A stretch of 64,000 nucleotides of DNA from an uncultured Actinomycetota bacterium (GTDB taxonomy: Bacteria > Actinomycetota > Actinomycetes > CAVWCF01): NCBI GenBank assembly GCA_963753435.1, contig CAVWCF010000001.1:1568001-1632000 (forward strand). The letters are read 5' to 3'. This document shows positions 52,052 through 62,035 of this stretch, piece after piece. Numbering within the stretch: the stretch's first letter is position 1; each line of letters begins with the position of its first letter. The notes under the pieces were generated by a model. It did not search any database, had not been told where the DNA came from, and saw nothing but the letters and a program-made list of their open reading frames with translations. The position numbers were made by a program, and so were the translations under genes.

Positions 52052-53401
52052 ATGCATGGTTGGTCCGCAGAGGATGAGCGCCTAGCCGAAGCCGTTGTGC
52101 GTTACGCGGCGGACCGGTTGCGCATGGACCCGGTCCCCTTGGACGGGCCGCGACCCTACGAGGAACTACTGGCCGAGGTCGGCCAGACGATCACTCCGCA
52201 GGGGATCGGTGGTGAGCGGGCCCTGCGGTTGTTCGATGAGGTCCTGTCGGAGGCATGCATCTCTGTCGACCACCCGCGGTACCTGTCCTTCATCCCGGCC
52301 GCACCTACCGAGGCCAGCACCCTGTTCGACCTGGTCGTCGGCGCCAGCAGCGTCTATGGCGGGTCGTGGTTGGAGGGCGCCGGCGCGGTCTACGCCGAGA
52401 ACCAAGCGCTGCGGTGGGTGGCGGACCTGGCCGGGTACCCAGCGGCGGCCGGCGGCGTCTTCGTCCAGGGCGGAACGCTGGGCAACCTGTCCGCTCTGGT
52501 CGCCGCGCGCCATGCCGCTGCCAGCGCGCGCGGGGACCGACCTGCGCGGTGGGTGGTCGTGTGCAGCGCCGAGGCGCACTCTTCGGTGGAGCACGCCGCC
52601 AGGGTGATGGACATCGACGTCGTCGCCGTTCCCGTCGATGAGCACGGCCGGATGACCGGTGACGAGTTGGAGCGGACGCTGGTGGCTCGGGGCAGTGACG
52701 ACGTGTTCGCTGTCGTCGCCACCGGCGGGACCACCAACTACGGCGTCGTGGACGACTTGGCCGGGGTGGCTGATGTCTGCAACGGGCGTGGGATCTGGCT
52801 GCACGTCGACGGCGCCTACGGTCTGGCGGCCTTGGCCGCCCCCAGTGTCCGGGAACTGTTCAACGGGATCGAGCGCACGGACTCATTCATCGTCGACCCG
52901 CACAAGTGGTTGTTCGCGCCCTTCGACGCTTGTGCATTGCTGTACCGCGACCCGGACCTCGGCCGGCGGGCGCACACCCAGACGGCCGGCTATCTCGACG
53001 TGATCACCGACTCGGGGCAGTTCAACCCGTCGGACTACGCCATCCACCTGTCCCGCCGCGCCCGCGGTCTGCCGTTCTGGTTCTCCCTGGCCACTCACGG
53101 CACCGACGCCTACTCCGCGGCCGTCGAGAAGGGCTTGGCGTTGGCCCACCAGGCGGTGGCCGAGATCCGCACGCGACCGGAGTTGGAGTTGGTCCGTGAG
53201 CCGATGCTCAGCGTGGTCGTGTTCCGCCGGCTGGGCTGGTCCAGTGAGGACTACCACACGTGGAGTGACCGGCTGCTGGCCGAAGGGTTCGCCCTGGTGG
53301 TCCCCACGCGGCACGGCGACGAAACGGTGGCCAGGTTCGCGTTCGTGAACCCGCGCACGACATTGGCCGACGTTACGGACATCCTCGACTCGATGCGGTA
53401 G
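52052..53401 (+). CDS. Group II PLP-dependent amino acid decarboxylase
   Basis: HPRYLSF, GGTLGN, HSS, HVDGAYG and DPHKW. Confidence 0.9.
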   Translation: MHGWSAEDERLAEAVVRYAADRLRMDPVPLDGPRPYEELLAEVGQTITPQGIGGERALRLFDEVLSEACISVDHPRYLSFIPAAPTEASTLFDLVVGASSVYGGSWLEGAGAVYAENQALRWVADLAGYPAAAGGVFVQGGTLGNLSALVAARHAAASARGDRPARWVVVCSAEAHSSVEHAARVMDIDVVAVPVDEHGRMTGDELERTLVARGSDDVFAVVATGGTTNYGVVDDLAGVADVCNGRGIWLHVDGAYGLAALAAPSVRELFNGIERTDSFIVDPHKWLFAPFDACALLYRDPDLGRRAHTQTAGYLDVITDSGQFNPSDYAIHLSRRARGLPFWFSLATHGTDAYSAAVEKGLALAHQAVAEIRTRPELELVREPMLSVVVFRRLGWSSEDYHTWSDRLLAEGFALVVPTRHGDETVARFAFVNPRTTLADVTDILDSMR

Positions 53402-53440
53402 GGCAGCGGCGCACAGGGCGTTGCGGGAACGGAGTGCGGC

Positions 53441-54427
53441 ATGCGCGTCGTCGTGGCGTTGGGCGGCAACGCGCTGCTGCGTCGCGATGAGGCCATGACC
53501 AGTGACAACCAGAGGGCGAACGTCCGAACTGCCTGTGATGCCCTCGCTCCGGTAGCCGCTGAGCACGAGTTGGTCATCTCGCATGGCAACGGTCCACAGG
53601 TCGGCCTGTTGGCGTTGCAGAGCGCCGCATACGACAAGGTCCCGGCGTATCCGCTGGACATCCTCGATGCCGAGACCCAGGGGATGATCGGCTACCTGAT
53701 CGAGCAGGAGCTGGGCAACCGGCTGCCCTTCGACAAGCCGTTAGCGACCCTGCTGACGATGATCGAGGTGGACCCGGACGACCCGGCCTTCGACAACCCG
53801 ACCAAGCCGATCGGTCCCGGGTACGACGATGCCGAAGCGGAGCAGTTGACCGCTCAGCGGGGTTGGGCGTTCCGGCGAGACGGCCGGCAGTGGCGCCGGG
53901 TGGTCGCATCGCCGGCACCCAAGCGGATCTTCCAGGTTCGCCAGGCCGCCTGGCTGCTGGAACGCGGCGCGGTGGTCATCTGCGCCGGCGGTGGCGGCAT
54001 CCCGGTGATGTACCAGCCGGGTCGGCAGCTGGTCGGCGTCGAAGCAGTCATCGACAAGGACCGGGCTTCGGCGCTGCTGGCGTCGGACCTGGATGCTGAG
54101 GCGTTGGTGCTGGCCACGGACGTGGACGCCGTCTACACCGATTGGGGCACCGAGCGGGCCCGCGCTATCGCCCAAGCGCACCCGGATGCGCTGCTGGCGC
54201 TAACCGCGCAGTTCGATGGCGGCTCGATCGGCCCCAAAACCGAGGCCGCCTGCTCCTTCGCGATCGCCAACCCCGGCCGAGTCGCCGCGATCGGCGGCCT
54301 GCGCGATATCGAAGGGATGCTTGACGGTCGGGCTGGCACCTTGGTGAGCACGCAGTTCGTCGGCCTTGAGTTTCGGCGGCCCGATGCGAAAGGGTCGCGA
54401 TCAGGCAGCGATTCGGCGCAGCCGTGA
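53441..54427 (+). CDS. arcC: Carbamate kinase
   Basis: [22 protein letters not shown] and VEAVIDKD. Confidence 0.95.
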   Translation: MRVVVALGGNALLRRDEAMTSDNQRANVRTACDALAPVAAEHELVISHGNGPQVGLLALQSAAYDKVPAYPLDILDAETQGMIGYLIEQELGNRLPFDKPLATLLTMIEVDPDDPAFDNPTKPIGPGYDDAEAEQLTAQRGWAFRRDGRQWRRVVASPAPKRIFQVRQAAWLLERGAVVICAGGGGIPVMYQPGRQLVGVEAVIDKDRASALLASDLDAEALVLATDVDAVYTDWGTERARAIAQAHPDALLALTAQFDGGSIGPKTEAACSFAIANPGRVAAIGGLRDIEGMLDGRAGTLVSTQFVGLEFRRPDAKGSRSGSDSAQP

Positions 54428-54438
54428 TGGGGGAGACG

Positions 54439-55659
54439 ATGGCGCTCGGCGTGCACTCCGAAGTGGGCACGCTTCGCCGCGTGATGGTGCATCGTCCCGG
54501 CCTGGAGCACCGCCGGCTGACCCCGACGAACGCCAAGGACCTGCTGTTCGACGATGTCATCTGGGTCGAACGTGCCGAGGAGGAGCACGCCGCTTTCGTG
54601 CAGGTCATGCGTGACCGCGGCGTGGAGGTGCTTGAGGTCGAGGATCTGCTGGCCGACGTCATCGGCACTTCCGCCGGCCGGGACTGGATCCTTGAACAGG
54701 TGCTCGGTGAACGGATGGTCGGGCCCACAGCGCATGAACGGGCTGCCGAATGGGTGTCGCAGGCCGACGCAGCGGTTGTCGCTTCCTACTTGATCGGCGG
54801 CGTAACGCGCGATGACGTGGAGTCCGGTCGCGGGCTGTTGTGGGAGTCGTCGGACTTCACGTCGATGATGGTCCCGCCGCTGCCCAACTTCTTGTTCCAA
54901 CGCGACCCCTCCTGCTGGATCTACGACGGGGTCACGCTCAACCCGATGGCCAAGCCCGCGCGTAAACCGGAGACCGCTTTGGTGGAGGCCGTTTACCGCT
55001 TCCACCCGATGTTCACCGCCGACGGCGGCGTGAATGTCTGGTTCGGTGGCAGCGGCCAGGAATGGGGCCGCGCGACCATCGAAGGCGGCGACGTGATGCC
55101 CATTGGCAACGGCGCCGTGCTCATCGGGATGGGGGAGCGCACCTCGCCGCAGGCGGTCGCATTGCTGGCGAGGTCGCTGTTCGAAGCCGGCGCCGCCAAG
55201 CAGGTCCTGGGGGTTCACCTGCCCAAGGCGCGCACGTACATGCACCTGGACACGGTGCTCACCCTTGTCGATCGCGACGCGGTCACCTGTTTTCCCAAGG
55301 TGATCGACGCGGCCCGGGTCTGGTCGCTGCGCCCTGGTGACGGACCGGGTGAATTGGTCACCGAGGAATTGTCCGGGGGGCTGCTGCGAAACCTCGCCGA
55401 CGCGCTTGGCCTGGACGAGTTGCGAGCCATCACCACCGGCGGCGACTCCTACGAGGCCCAGCGCGAGCAATGGGATGACGGGAACAACGTCGTGGCGCTG
55501 GCTCCCGGAGTCGTGGTGGCGTACGAGCGAAACACGTTCACCAACGAGAAACTGGCTCGCGCGGGGATCGAGGTGCTGCCGATCGCCGGGTCGGAGTTGG
55601 GCAAGGGCCGCGGCGGTGGACACTGTATGACCTGTCCGCTGCAGCGCGACGCTGTCTGA
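54439..55659 (+). CDS. arcA: Arginine deiminase
   Basis: SEVGTL, LLFDD, FQRD, EGGD, MHLDT and [11 protein letters not shown]. Confidence 0.96.
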   Translation: MALGVHSEVGTLRRVMVHRPGLEHRRLTPTNAKDLLFDDVIWVERAEEEHAAFVQVMRDRGVEVLEVEDLLADVIGTSAGRDWILEQVLGERMVGPTAHERAAEWVSQADAAVVASYLIGGVTRDDVESGRGLLWESSDFTSMMVPPLPNFLFQRDPSCWIYDGVTLNPMAKPARKPETALVEAVYRFHPMFTADGGVNVWFGGSGQEWGRATIEGGDVMPIGNGAVLIGMGERTSPQAVALLARSLFEAGAAKQVLGVHLPKARTYMHLDTVLTLVDRDAVTCFPKVIDAARVWSLRPGDGPGELVTEELSGGLLRNLADALGLDELRAITTGGDSYEAQREQWDDGNNVVALAPGVVVAYERNTFTNEKLARAGIEVLPIAGSELGKGRGGGHCMTCPLQRDAV

Positions 55660-55699
55660 CCCAGAGCCTGACACCGGTCCGGTACGACCAAGGAGACGC

Positions 55700-56701
55700 A
55701 TGCCCGACCTGCGCCAGCGCAGCTTCCTGAAGGAAGCTGACTTCACAGCGGCGGAGTTCGCCCACCTGCTGGACTCCGCTGCGCAACTGAAGGCGGCCAA
55801 GTCGGCGGGCGCGGAGGAGCAGCGCCTGCGCGGCAAGAACATCGCGTTGCTGTTCGAGAAGACATCCACCCGCACCCGGTGTGCTTTTGAGGTGGCAGCG
55901 CACGATCAGGGCGCGCACACGACCTACCTGGATCCGTCGGGTTCGCAGATCGGTCACAAGGAGTCCATCGCCGACAGCGGCCGGGTGCTGGGCCGCATGT
56001 TCGACGCCATCCAGTACCGCGGCAACGACCAGGCCACGGTGGAAACCCTCGCCGAGCACGCGGGGGTGCCCGTCTACAACGGCTTGACCAATGAGTGGCA
56101 CCCAACGCAGATGCTGGCCGACTTCCTGACGATGCGCGAGCACAGCGGCAAACCCGATGCGGAGTTGAAATACGCCTACCTGGGTGACGCCCGTTTCAAC
56201 ATGGGTCGTTCACTGCTGGTCACCGGCGCGCTGCTGGGTTGTGATGTGCGGCTGGTGTGTCCGCCGCAGATGGCGCCACCGGCAGACGTCGTGGACCTGG
56301 CGCGAACCTTGGCCGAAACCTCGGGCGCGAACCTGACGATCACCGATGACGTCGCCGCCGGGGTGCGCGACGTCGACTTCGTGCACACCGACGTCTGGGT
56401 GTCGATGGGGGAGCCGAAGAATGTCTGGGCCGAGCGGGTGGACCTGCTGCGCGGCTTCCAGGTGAACGAGTCGGTGCTGGCGGCCACGGGCAATCCAGAT
56501 GCCAAGTTCATGCACTGTCTGCCGGCTTTCCACGACACCAGCACGACCGTCGGAGCTGAGGTGATGGCAGCGACCGGCATGCCCGATGGGCTGGAGGTGA
56601 CCGACTCGGTCTTCGAATCCGGCGCCAGCGTCGTCTTCGACCAGGCGGAGAACCGCATGCACACCATCAAGGCGCTGATGGTGGCGACTCTCGCCGATTG
56701 A
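55700..56701 (+). CDS. argF: Ornithine carbamoyltransferase (catabolic ArcB by context)
   Basis: STRTRC, HPTQ, HCLP and QAENRMH. Confidence 0.95.
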   Translation: MPDLRQRSFLKEADFTAAEFAHLLDSAAQLKAAKSAGAEEQRLRGKNIALLFEKTSTRTRCAFEVAAHDQGAHTTYLDPSGSQIGHKESIADSGRVLGRMFDAIQYRGNDQATVETLAEHAGVPVYNGLTNEWHPTQMLADFLTMREHSGKPDAELKYAYLGDARFNMGRSLLVTGALLGCDVRLVCPPQMAPPADVVDLARTLAETSGANLTITDDVAAGVRDVDFVHTDVWVSMGEPKNVWAERVDLLRGFQVNESVLAATGNPDAKFMHCLPAFHDTSTTVGAEVMAATGMPDGLEVTDSVFESGASVVFDQAENRMHTIKALMVATLAD

Positions 56702-56734
56702 TGCGACTTGGGCGCGGGTGCCCGTGTCGCCGGA

Positions 56735-57934
56735 CTACCCGGCCAGCACGGCCAGCAATGTGTCGATAGCCAAGTCCAAGTCTGCTTCCTCGATCACCAG
56801 TGGCGGAGCCAGCCGGATGGTGTGCTCGTGGGTGTCCTTGGCCAGCACCCCGCGAGCCATGAGTTCCTCGCACGCGGCGCGCGCGGAAACACCGTCGGCC
56901 AACTCCACACCGATCCACAGCCCCCGGCCGCGCACCTCCTTGACGACGGCCGGCGCTTCGCGCTGCAACCGTCGTAGTGCGTGCTGACCCAATTCGGCTG
57001 AGCGCTGCTGCAGTTCGCCGCCGCGCAGCAGCGCAACCACCTCGTGGCCGACGGCCGCCGCCAGCGGGTTGCCCCCGAAGGTGGACCCGTGTTCACCGGG
57101 GCGCAGCACGCTCAGCACGTCGCCTCGGCCCGCAACCGCAGACACCGGCAGCAGCCCACCGCCCAGTGCCTTGCCCAGGATCACCAGATCGGGACGCACT
57201 TGCTCGTGCTCAACGGCGAGAGTCGTGCCGGCGCGGCCCAGTCCGGACTGCACCTCGTCAGCGATCAGCAGGACGTCGTTGGCGTCGCAGAGTTCTCGTG
57301 CGGTGCGCAGGTAGCCGTCCGGTGGGATGACGACACCTGCCTCGCCCTGAATCGGTTCGACCAGGAAGCCGACCACGTTGGGGTCGGCAAGCGCCTCGGC
57401 CAACGCGGGCGCGTCGCCGTAACCGACGGTGACGAACCCTGGGGTGTACGGGCCGAAGTCGGCGCGCGCATCCGGGTCGGTGGAGAAGGAGATGACCGTT
57501 GTGGTGCGTCCGTGAAAGTTGCCTTCGCAAACGACTATGACCGCCTGGTCCGGCGGTACGCCCTTGACGCGGTAGCCCCAGGCGCGGGCGAGCTTGATGG
57601 CTGACTCCACCGCTTCGACGCCGGTGTTCATGGGCAGCACCCGGTCCTGGCCGACCAGTTCGGCCAGCGACTGCAGGAAGGGCCCGAGTTGGTCGTTGTG
57701 AAACGCGCGTGAGGTCAGCGTCAGCCGGTGCAACTGCGACTCCAGCGCGGCCACCAACTGCGGGTGACAGTGCCCGAAGTTGAGGGCGCTGTACGCGGCC
57801 AGCAGGTCCAGGTATCGCTTGCCGTCCACGTCGGTGACCCAGGCGCCTTCACCGCGGGCGATCACCACGGGCAGCGGGTGGTAGTTGTGCGCGCCGACGC
57901 CGTCTTCCAGCGCGATGTACGCGGCTGAGTCCAT
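56735..57934 (-). CDS. rocD: Ornithine aminotransferase
   Basis: AHNYHPLP, YSALNFGH, FHGRT, EPIQGEAG and LGKALGGG. Confidence 0.95.
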   Translation of the reverse strand: MDSAAYIALEDGVGAHNYHPLPVVIARGEGAWVTDVDGKRYLDLLAAYSALNFGHCHPQLVAALESQLHRLTLTSRAFHNDQLGPFLQSLAELVGQDRVLPMNTGVEAVESAIKLARAWGYRVKGVPPDQAVIVVCEGNFHGRTTTVISFSTDPDARADFGPYTPGFVTVGYGDAPALAEALADPNVVGFLVEPIQGEAGVVIPPDGYLRTARELCDANDVLLIADEVQSGLGRAGTTLAVEHEQVRPDLVILGKALGGGLLPVSAVAGRGDVLSVLRPGEHGSTFGGNPLAAAVGHEVVALLRGGELQQRSAELGQHALRRLQREAPAVVKEVRGRGLWIGVELADGVSARAACEELMARGVLAKDTHEHTIRLAPPLVIEEADLDLAIDTLLAVLAG

Positions 57935-57973
57935 GCTGGAGCGTAAGCACAACCAGGATCAGTTGCGCGGCTT

Positions 57974-58825
57974 TCACGCCCCGCCGGCGGCGATCATGCC
58001 GATGCCCACCATTGCCGCGGCCACACCCACTTGCTGCACTCGCAGCAGCCGCTCGTTGTGGAACACACGGGCCAAGGCGACCGTCACGACCGGGTACAGC
58101 GACGCCGGCACCGCAACCACCGCCAGCAGCCCCGCGGTCGAGGCCAGCGCGAAGGTGGCGTTGGCACCCAGGTCGAACAGGCCGATCGCGACCAGCGCCG
58201 GCACGTCGGCGCGGCGCAGCCCACCGACACGACGAAGCGTCAGGAACGCCGCAAGCATGAGGAGCACGCTGGTGCTGCGCTGTGTCAGCAGGGTCATGCC
58301 AACGCTGGCTTGGGCGCCTTCGGCGACGAAGACCAGGACCAGCCCGAACCCGACCGCGGCGATCAGGGCCAGAACCAGCGCGCGCCAACCGCCGCGTGCC
58401 GACCCGGACTCGATCCCCCGGACTTCCGGGCCGCTGGCGAGAATGACTCCGGCAACGGCCAGGACGATCCCGAGCAGGGTCAGCGTGCTGGGTCGTTCCC
58501 CGGCGGCCAGCCCGATTGCCACCGGCACGACGACACCGGTGGCGGCCACTGGCGCGACCACGCCCATGGTCCCGACCGCCAGCGCCGCGTAGAAGGCGAT
58601 CAGGGCCACCAGCCCGGTTACGCCCGCGGCGATGCCCCACCAGAGGTAGCCGGTGGGGTCGTCAGCGGCGCCGAGGAGGAGCACGACGGGCAGCAGGACC
58701 GCCCAGGCGATGGCCTGTGACGCACCCACCACGGCGACCGGCGCAGCTCGGCGCGACAGCGTGCCGCCCAGGAAGTCGGCGGTGCCCCAGAGCAGGCTCG
58801 ACGTGAGCGCGAGGAGGGCGGCCAT
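57974..58825 (-). CDS. EamA/DMT transporter
   Basis: About 10 TM segments; WGTADFLGG, GERP and SLYPV. Confidence 0.88.
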   Translation of the reverse strand: MAALLALTSSLLWGTADFLGGTLSRRAAPVAVVGASQAIAWAVLLPVVLLLGAADDPTGYLWWGIAAGVTGLVALIAFYAALAVGTMGVVAPVAATGVVVPVAIGLAAGERPSTLTLLGIVLAVAGVILASGPEVRGIESGSARGGWRALVLALIAAVGFGLVLVFVAEGAQASVGMTLLTQRSTSVLLMLAAFLTLRRVGGLRRADVPALVAIGLFDLGANATFALASTAGLLAVVAVPASLYPVVTVALARVFHNERLLRVQQVGVAAAMVGIGMIAAGGA

Positions 58826-58873
58826 TGGTAAGTCCTACACTTCATCCGGAACCAGCAGACCGGGTGTCTGCAC

Positions 58874-58949
58874 GCCGGCGTGGCGCAATTGGCAGCGCAC
58901 CTGTCTTGTAAACAGGCGGTTCCCGGTTCGAGTCCGGGCGTCGGCTCCA
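58874..58949 (+). tRNA. tRNA-Thr(TGT)
   Basis: Cloverleaf: GCCGGCG/CGTCGGC acceptor stem, GCGC D stem, CCTGT-ctTGTaa-ACAGG anticodon arm, GGTTCGAGTCC T loop, encoded CCA. Confidence 0.96.
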
Positions 58950-58981
58950 GTTCGGAGCCGGTTAGGGCCGTTCGCGCTCCG

Positions 58982-59359
58982 TCACCATTCTGCGTAGAGA
59001 TCGTCGCCATCGCGCGCGACCGGATAAGTGGTCAGCGGTGACGGCTTGCGGCCCATGCCGATCAACTTCTGCGACCACCCCGGGACCTTGCGGCCGGCGA
59101 AGCCGACCGCCCAGTCGCGGTTCTCCCCGGAACAGAGGTCGAAGCGGGAACTGTGCCACGGGCAGGTGATCTCGCCGTTCTCCGCGTGCGGCCCGCCGGG
59201 GCCTTTGGTCAGCGACAGCCCCATGTGCGGGCAGCGGTTCTTCACGACGCACACGTTGTCGCCGTCCCGCCACACCACGAGGTTCGTGCCGTCGATGCTG
59301 ACGGGGGTGGCCTGCCCGTCAGCGAATTCCGTGAACGCACCGATTCGATGTTTGGTCAT
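58982..59359 (-). CDS. Rieske-type ferredoxin
   Basis: NRCPHMG and TCPWHSSRFD. Confidence 0.88.
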   Translation of the reverse strand: MTKHRIGAFTEFADGQATPVSIDGTNLVVWRDGDNVCVVKNRCPHMGLSLTKGPGGPHAENGEITCPWHSSRFDLCSGENRDWAVGFAGRKVPGWSQKLIGMGRKPSPLTTYPVARDGDDLYAEW

Positions 59360-59408
59360 GGCTCGACCCTAGGGTTTGCGGTCGGGAAGCATCCGGGGAA
59401 GGCGGCTC

Positions 59409-59437
59409 TGGCAATACCCCGGGGGGTATGCTACGGT
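59409..59437 (+). promoter_or_regulatory. Promoter (TGGCAA-N17-TACGGT) containing a CsoR/RicR-type operator ATACCCC-GG-GGGGTAT
   Basis: Palindrome at 59414-59429 lies in the -35/-10 spacer. Confidence 0.65.
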
Positions 59438-59471
59438 TCGCCATCACGTTTCGAGACAGGAGAACGATTCG

Positions 59472-59588
59472 ATGTGTAGCCCCGCTCGCTGCCGCCGCTG
59501 CGGCAAGGCCACGTACTCCGGCTGTGGCATGCATGTGGACCAGGTGCTTGGCGGCGTGCCCGCTTCGGAGCGCTGCTCCTGCCGATGA
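59472..59588 (+). CDS. 38-aa Cys/His-rich peptide (metallothionein-like?)
   Basis: MCSPARCRRCGKATYSGCGMHVDQVLGGVPASERCSCR; AGGAG RBS. Confidence 0.7.
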   Translation: MCSPARCRRCGKATYSGCGMHVDQVLGGVPASERCSCR

Positions 59589-59782
59589 ACGGCAACACGC
59601 GCGCCTACTCTGAGCGCGTGGAGAACCACGTGGAGCACATCGACCCGTTGATCCTCGACTCCGTGCACGCCGTCCGGGACCGGTTCGGACCGGACGGATT
59701 GCGCGCTCTCATCGCCGAGGCCGAAGCGGAGATCGCCCAGGCCGAGTCGGCGATGGACAAGTTGGAGCCTTCGCCTGAATAA
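59585..59782 (+). CDS. Small hypothetical protein
   Basis: ATGA-coupled to the peptide gene; helical sequence; start uncertain. Confidence 0.5.
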   Translation: MNGNTRAYSERVENHVEHIDPLILDSVHAVRDRFGPDGLRALIAEAEAEIAQAESAMDKLEPSPE

Positions 59783-59799
59783 GCGGCGATGATTCGCCA

Positions 59800-60501
59800 G
59801 TGAATCTCGCCCAGCCCCAGCCGACCACTCGGCGCTGGGCTCCGGTCGTTGTCGTGATCGCTGCGCTGCTCGCCACGAATCTTCTGGACAACTGGCTTTG
59901 GCCCGACGGCTATCTCCTTGTGCACGTTGCCGTAGCTGTTCTGCTTGTCGGCGTAGCCCGGCGCGACGGCCGCACATGGCACGACCTCGGCCTGGCCGGC
60001 GCCGACTGGCGTCGTGGTCTCGTCTGGGCCGCATGGCTGGTCGCCATCGTCGCCGGCGTCTTGGCTCTTGCGGCTCTGCTGCCCGCCTTCTCCGGTTTCT
60101 TCGATGACCAGAAGGCCGCCGACCTCTCCGCGGCCGCGCTGGCGTTTCAGATGTTCGTCCGAATCCCGCTGGGCACCGCAGTCTTCGAGGAGCTGGCGTT
60201 TCGGGGGGTGCTGCTGGCCCTGCTGATCCCGCGGCTTGGGCTGCGAAGTGCGGCGATCCTGTCGTCATTGCTTTTCGGCGTGTGGCACGTGTTGCCTAGC
60301 CTGAGCCTGGCCGATCGCAACGAGGGGCTTTCCGGGGTGGGGCTTTGGGCGGTGCTCCTTTCGGTCCTGTTCACGACGCTGGCCGGGTTGTTCCTGACGT
60401 GGATCCGGGTCAGGTCGGGTTCGCTGATCGCTCCGGCAGCGCTGCACTGGGCGGTCAACGCTCTGGCGTTGGCAGCCGCCTGGCTTGTGGCCGCCTCCTG
60501 A
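59800..60501 (+). CDS. CPBP/CAAX family intramembrane protease
   Basis: EELAFRG, FGVWH and H in PAALHW. Confidence 0.88.
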   Translation: MNLAQPQPTTRRWAPVVVVIAALLATNLLDNWLWPDGYLLVHVAVAVLLVGVARRDGRTWHDLGLAGADWRRGLVWAAWLVAIVAGVLALAALLPAFSGFFDDQKAADLSAAALAFQMFVRIPLGTAVFEELAFRGVLLALLIPRLGLRSAAILSSLLFGVWHVLPSLSLADRNEGLSGVGLWAVLLSVLFTTLAGLFLTWIRVRSGSLIAPAALHWAVNALALAAAWLVAAS

Positions 60502-60559
60502 CTACGGCTCCTCAGCGCGCCTCGTCGGTGCCGGTCCGTCGGCTTGGCACAGTTAACGG

Positions 60560-61306
60560 ATGGCCATGGGTTTGCGGGCGAAGGACGCGGAGTCGCTCGC
60601 GCGCTACGAACGATCGACGGCGCTCCCGGTGTACGCCCTCGCCTTCGTGGCTCTGGTTGCCTTCATCGGCTGGCTCCCCGACTCCCAGTTCTCAAGTGGC
60701 ACTCTGGTCATCTACGCGATCTGCAACGTGCTCTTGCTGGCAGACCTGCTGATCCGGGTGGTGCTGGCGCCGGACGCCCGACGCTTCCTGACCCGCCATC
60801 CGTTCGACGTACTCAGCGTCATCTTTGTGCCGCTGCGTCTGTTGGGAGTGCAACGGCTGTGGCGACTCGTCGGGCCGCAGTTCGATTCGCCCAAGACGGC
60901 GCTACGCGGGGTCATGGCGGTCGCCATCGTCCTCGTGCTGATCGGCGGTTCGTTCATCGCGCTGGTGGAGCGCGCACCAGACAGCAACATCAACGGCGTC
61001 GGCGACGGCATCTGGTGGGCGTTCGTCACGATCACCACGGTTGGCTATGGGGACGAGTTCCCAGTCACGACGTCAGGGCGCCTCATCGGCATAGTCACGA
61101 TGGCCGCCGGGATCGCGGTGTGGTCCGTACTCACCGCGACTATCGCCAGTCGGTTCAATCGGGCCATGGCGGCGCGCAGCACCGGCGACGATGTGATGGA
61201 CGAGCGCGACATTGCCGCGCACCTGGCTCAGCTGGAGCGGAGTATCAGCGAACTGTCGAGCCGACTGCCTCAGCCGGGCGCCGGGTCCGAAGGCGGCAAG
61301 ACGTAG
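60560..61306 (+). CDS. Potassium channel family protein
   Basis: WWAFVTITTVGYGD selectivity filter; Arg-containing S4-like segment. Confidence 0.9.
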   Translation: MAMGLRAKDAESLARYERSTALPVYALAFVALVAFIGWLPDSQFSSGTLVIYAICNVLLLADLLIRVVLAPDARRFLTRHPFDVLSVIFVPLRLLGVQRLWRLVGPQFDSPKTALRGVMAVAIVLVLIGGSFIALVERAPDSNINGVGDGIWWAFVTITTVGYGDEFPVTTSGRLIGIVTMAAGIAVWSVLTATIASRFNRAMAARSTGDDVMDERDIAAHLAQLERSISELSSRLPQPGAGSEGGKT

Positions 61307-61620
61307 ACCTTGCGCAGGGTTTCGTGCACTGTCCACGTTGTCTCTGCACCGCGTTGCAGTATGCCGATGTCACCTGGTCCCACCTCGAGCGTCGGCCCGT
61401 TGGCAACCTCGATCGTCGCCCGGCCCTTGAGGACCACAAAGACCTCGTCGGCCTCCACGTCCGTCGAGGTACCGACGGAGTGTTGCCATACGCCCACTTC
61501 CAGCGGCGCATCGCTGACCTCAGCGGCGGCAACGTCCGGCGTCCCCGCGAGCACCTGGTCAGGGTCCAAGGGCGTTGGATCCAGGGGGAGTTGCTGGGCG
61601 TGCACCACGCGGCAAGTCAT
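61270..61620 (-). CDS. Cupin (DUF861/EutQ-like)
   Basis: GVWQHSVG, DEVFVVLKG and WTVHETLRKVY. Confidence 0.85.
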   Translation of the reverse strand: MTCRVVHAQQLPLDPTPLDPDQVLAGTPDVAAAEVSDAPLEVGVWQHSVGTSTDVEADEVFVVLKGRATIEVANGPTLEVGPGDIGILQRGAETTWTVHETLRKVYVLPPSDPAPG

Positions 61621-61739
61621 GCGGCCACGCTAGCGGCGCGGGTGAATGACACCGTTGGGATTCGACGGATACAGTTGCCGCGCGGCCCGGGAGGGGAAGC
61701 CCGGGCCGCACTGAAGCAGCACGAGAGGGGATCGCCCGG

Positions 61740-62027
61740 ATGCAGGCCGCAGAGCGCGACGCCGCGCAGCCCGCTGAGTCGCTATCCGACCGTGACCGCA
61801 GCATCCTGGAGTTCGAGCGCCAGTGGTGGAAGTTCGCCGGCGCCAAGGAACAGGCGATCCGTGACCTCTTCGGCATGTCCAGTACCCGCTACTACCAAGT
61901 GCTGAATGCGCTGATCGACCGCCCCGGTGCGTTGGAGTTCGACCCCCTCCTGGTCAAGCGTCTTCGGCGACTACGGGCGTCCCGGCAGCGGGCTCGCGCT
62001 GCCCGGCGACTGGGCTTCGAGGCCTGA
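61740..62027 (+). CDS. DUF3263 family protein
   Basis: ILEFERQWWK.AGAKE..YYQVLNALID. Confidence 0.9.
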   Translation: MQAAERDAAQPAESLSDRDRSILEFERQWWKFAGAKEQAIRDLFGMSSTRYYQVLNALIDRPGALEFDPLLVKRLRRLRASRQRARAARRLGFEA

Positions 62028-62035
62028 GCGCAGCG

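Noticed and set aside
58982-59359. Rieske ferredoxin as the electron donor for the oxygenase/RCCR
   Set aside because: More than 55 kb away, with no shared operator and no evidence of linkage.
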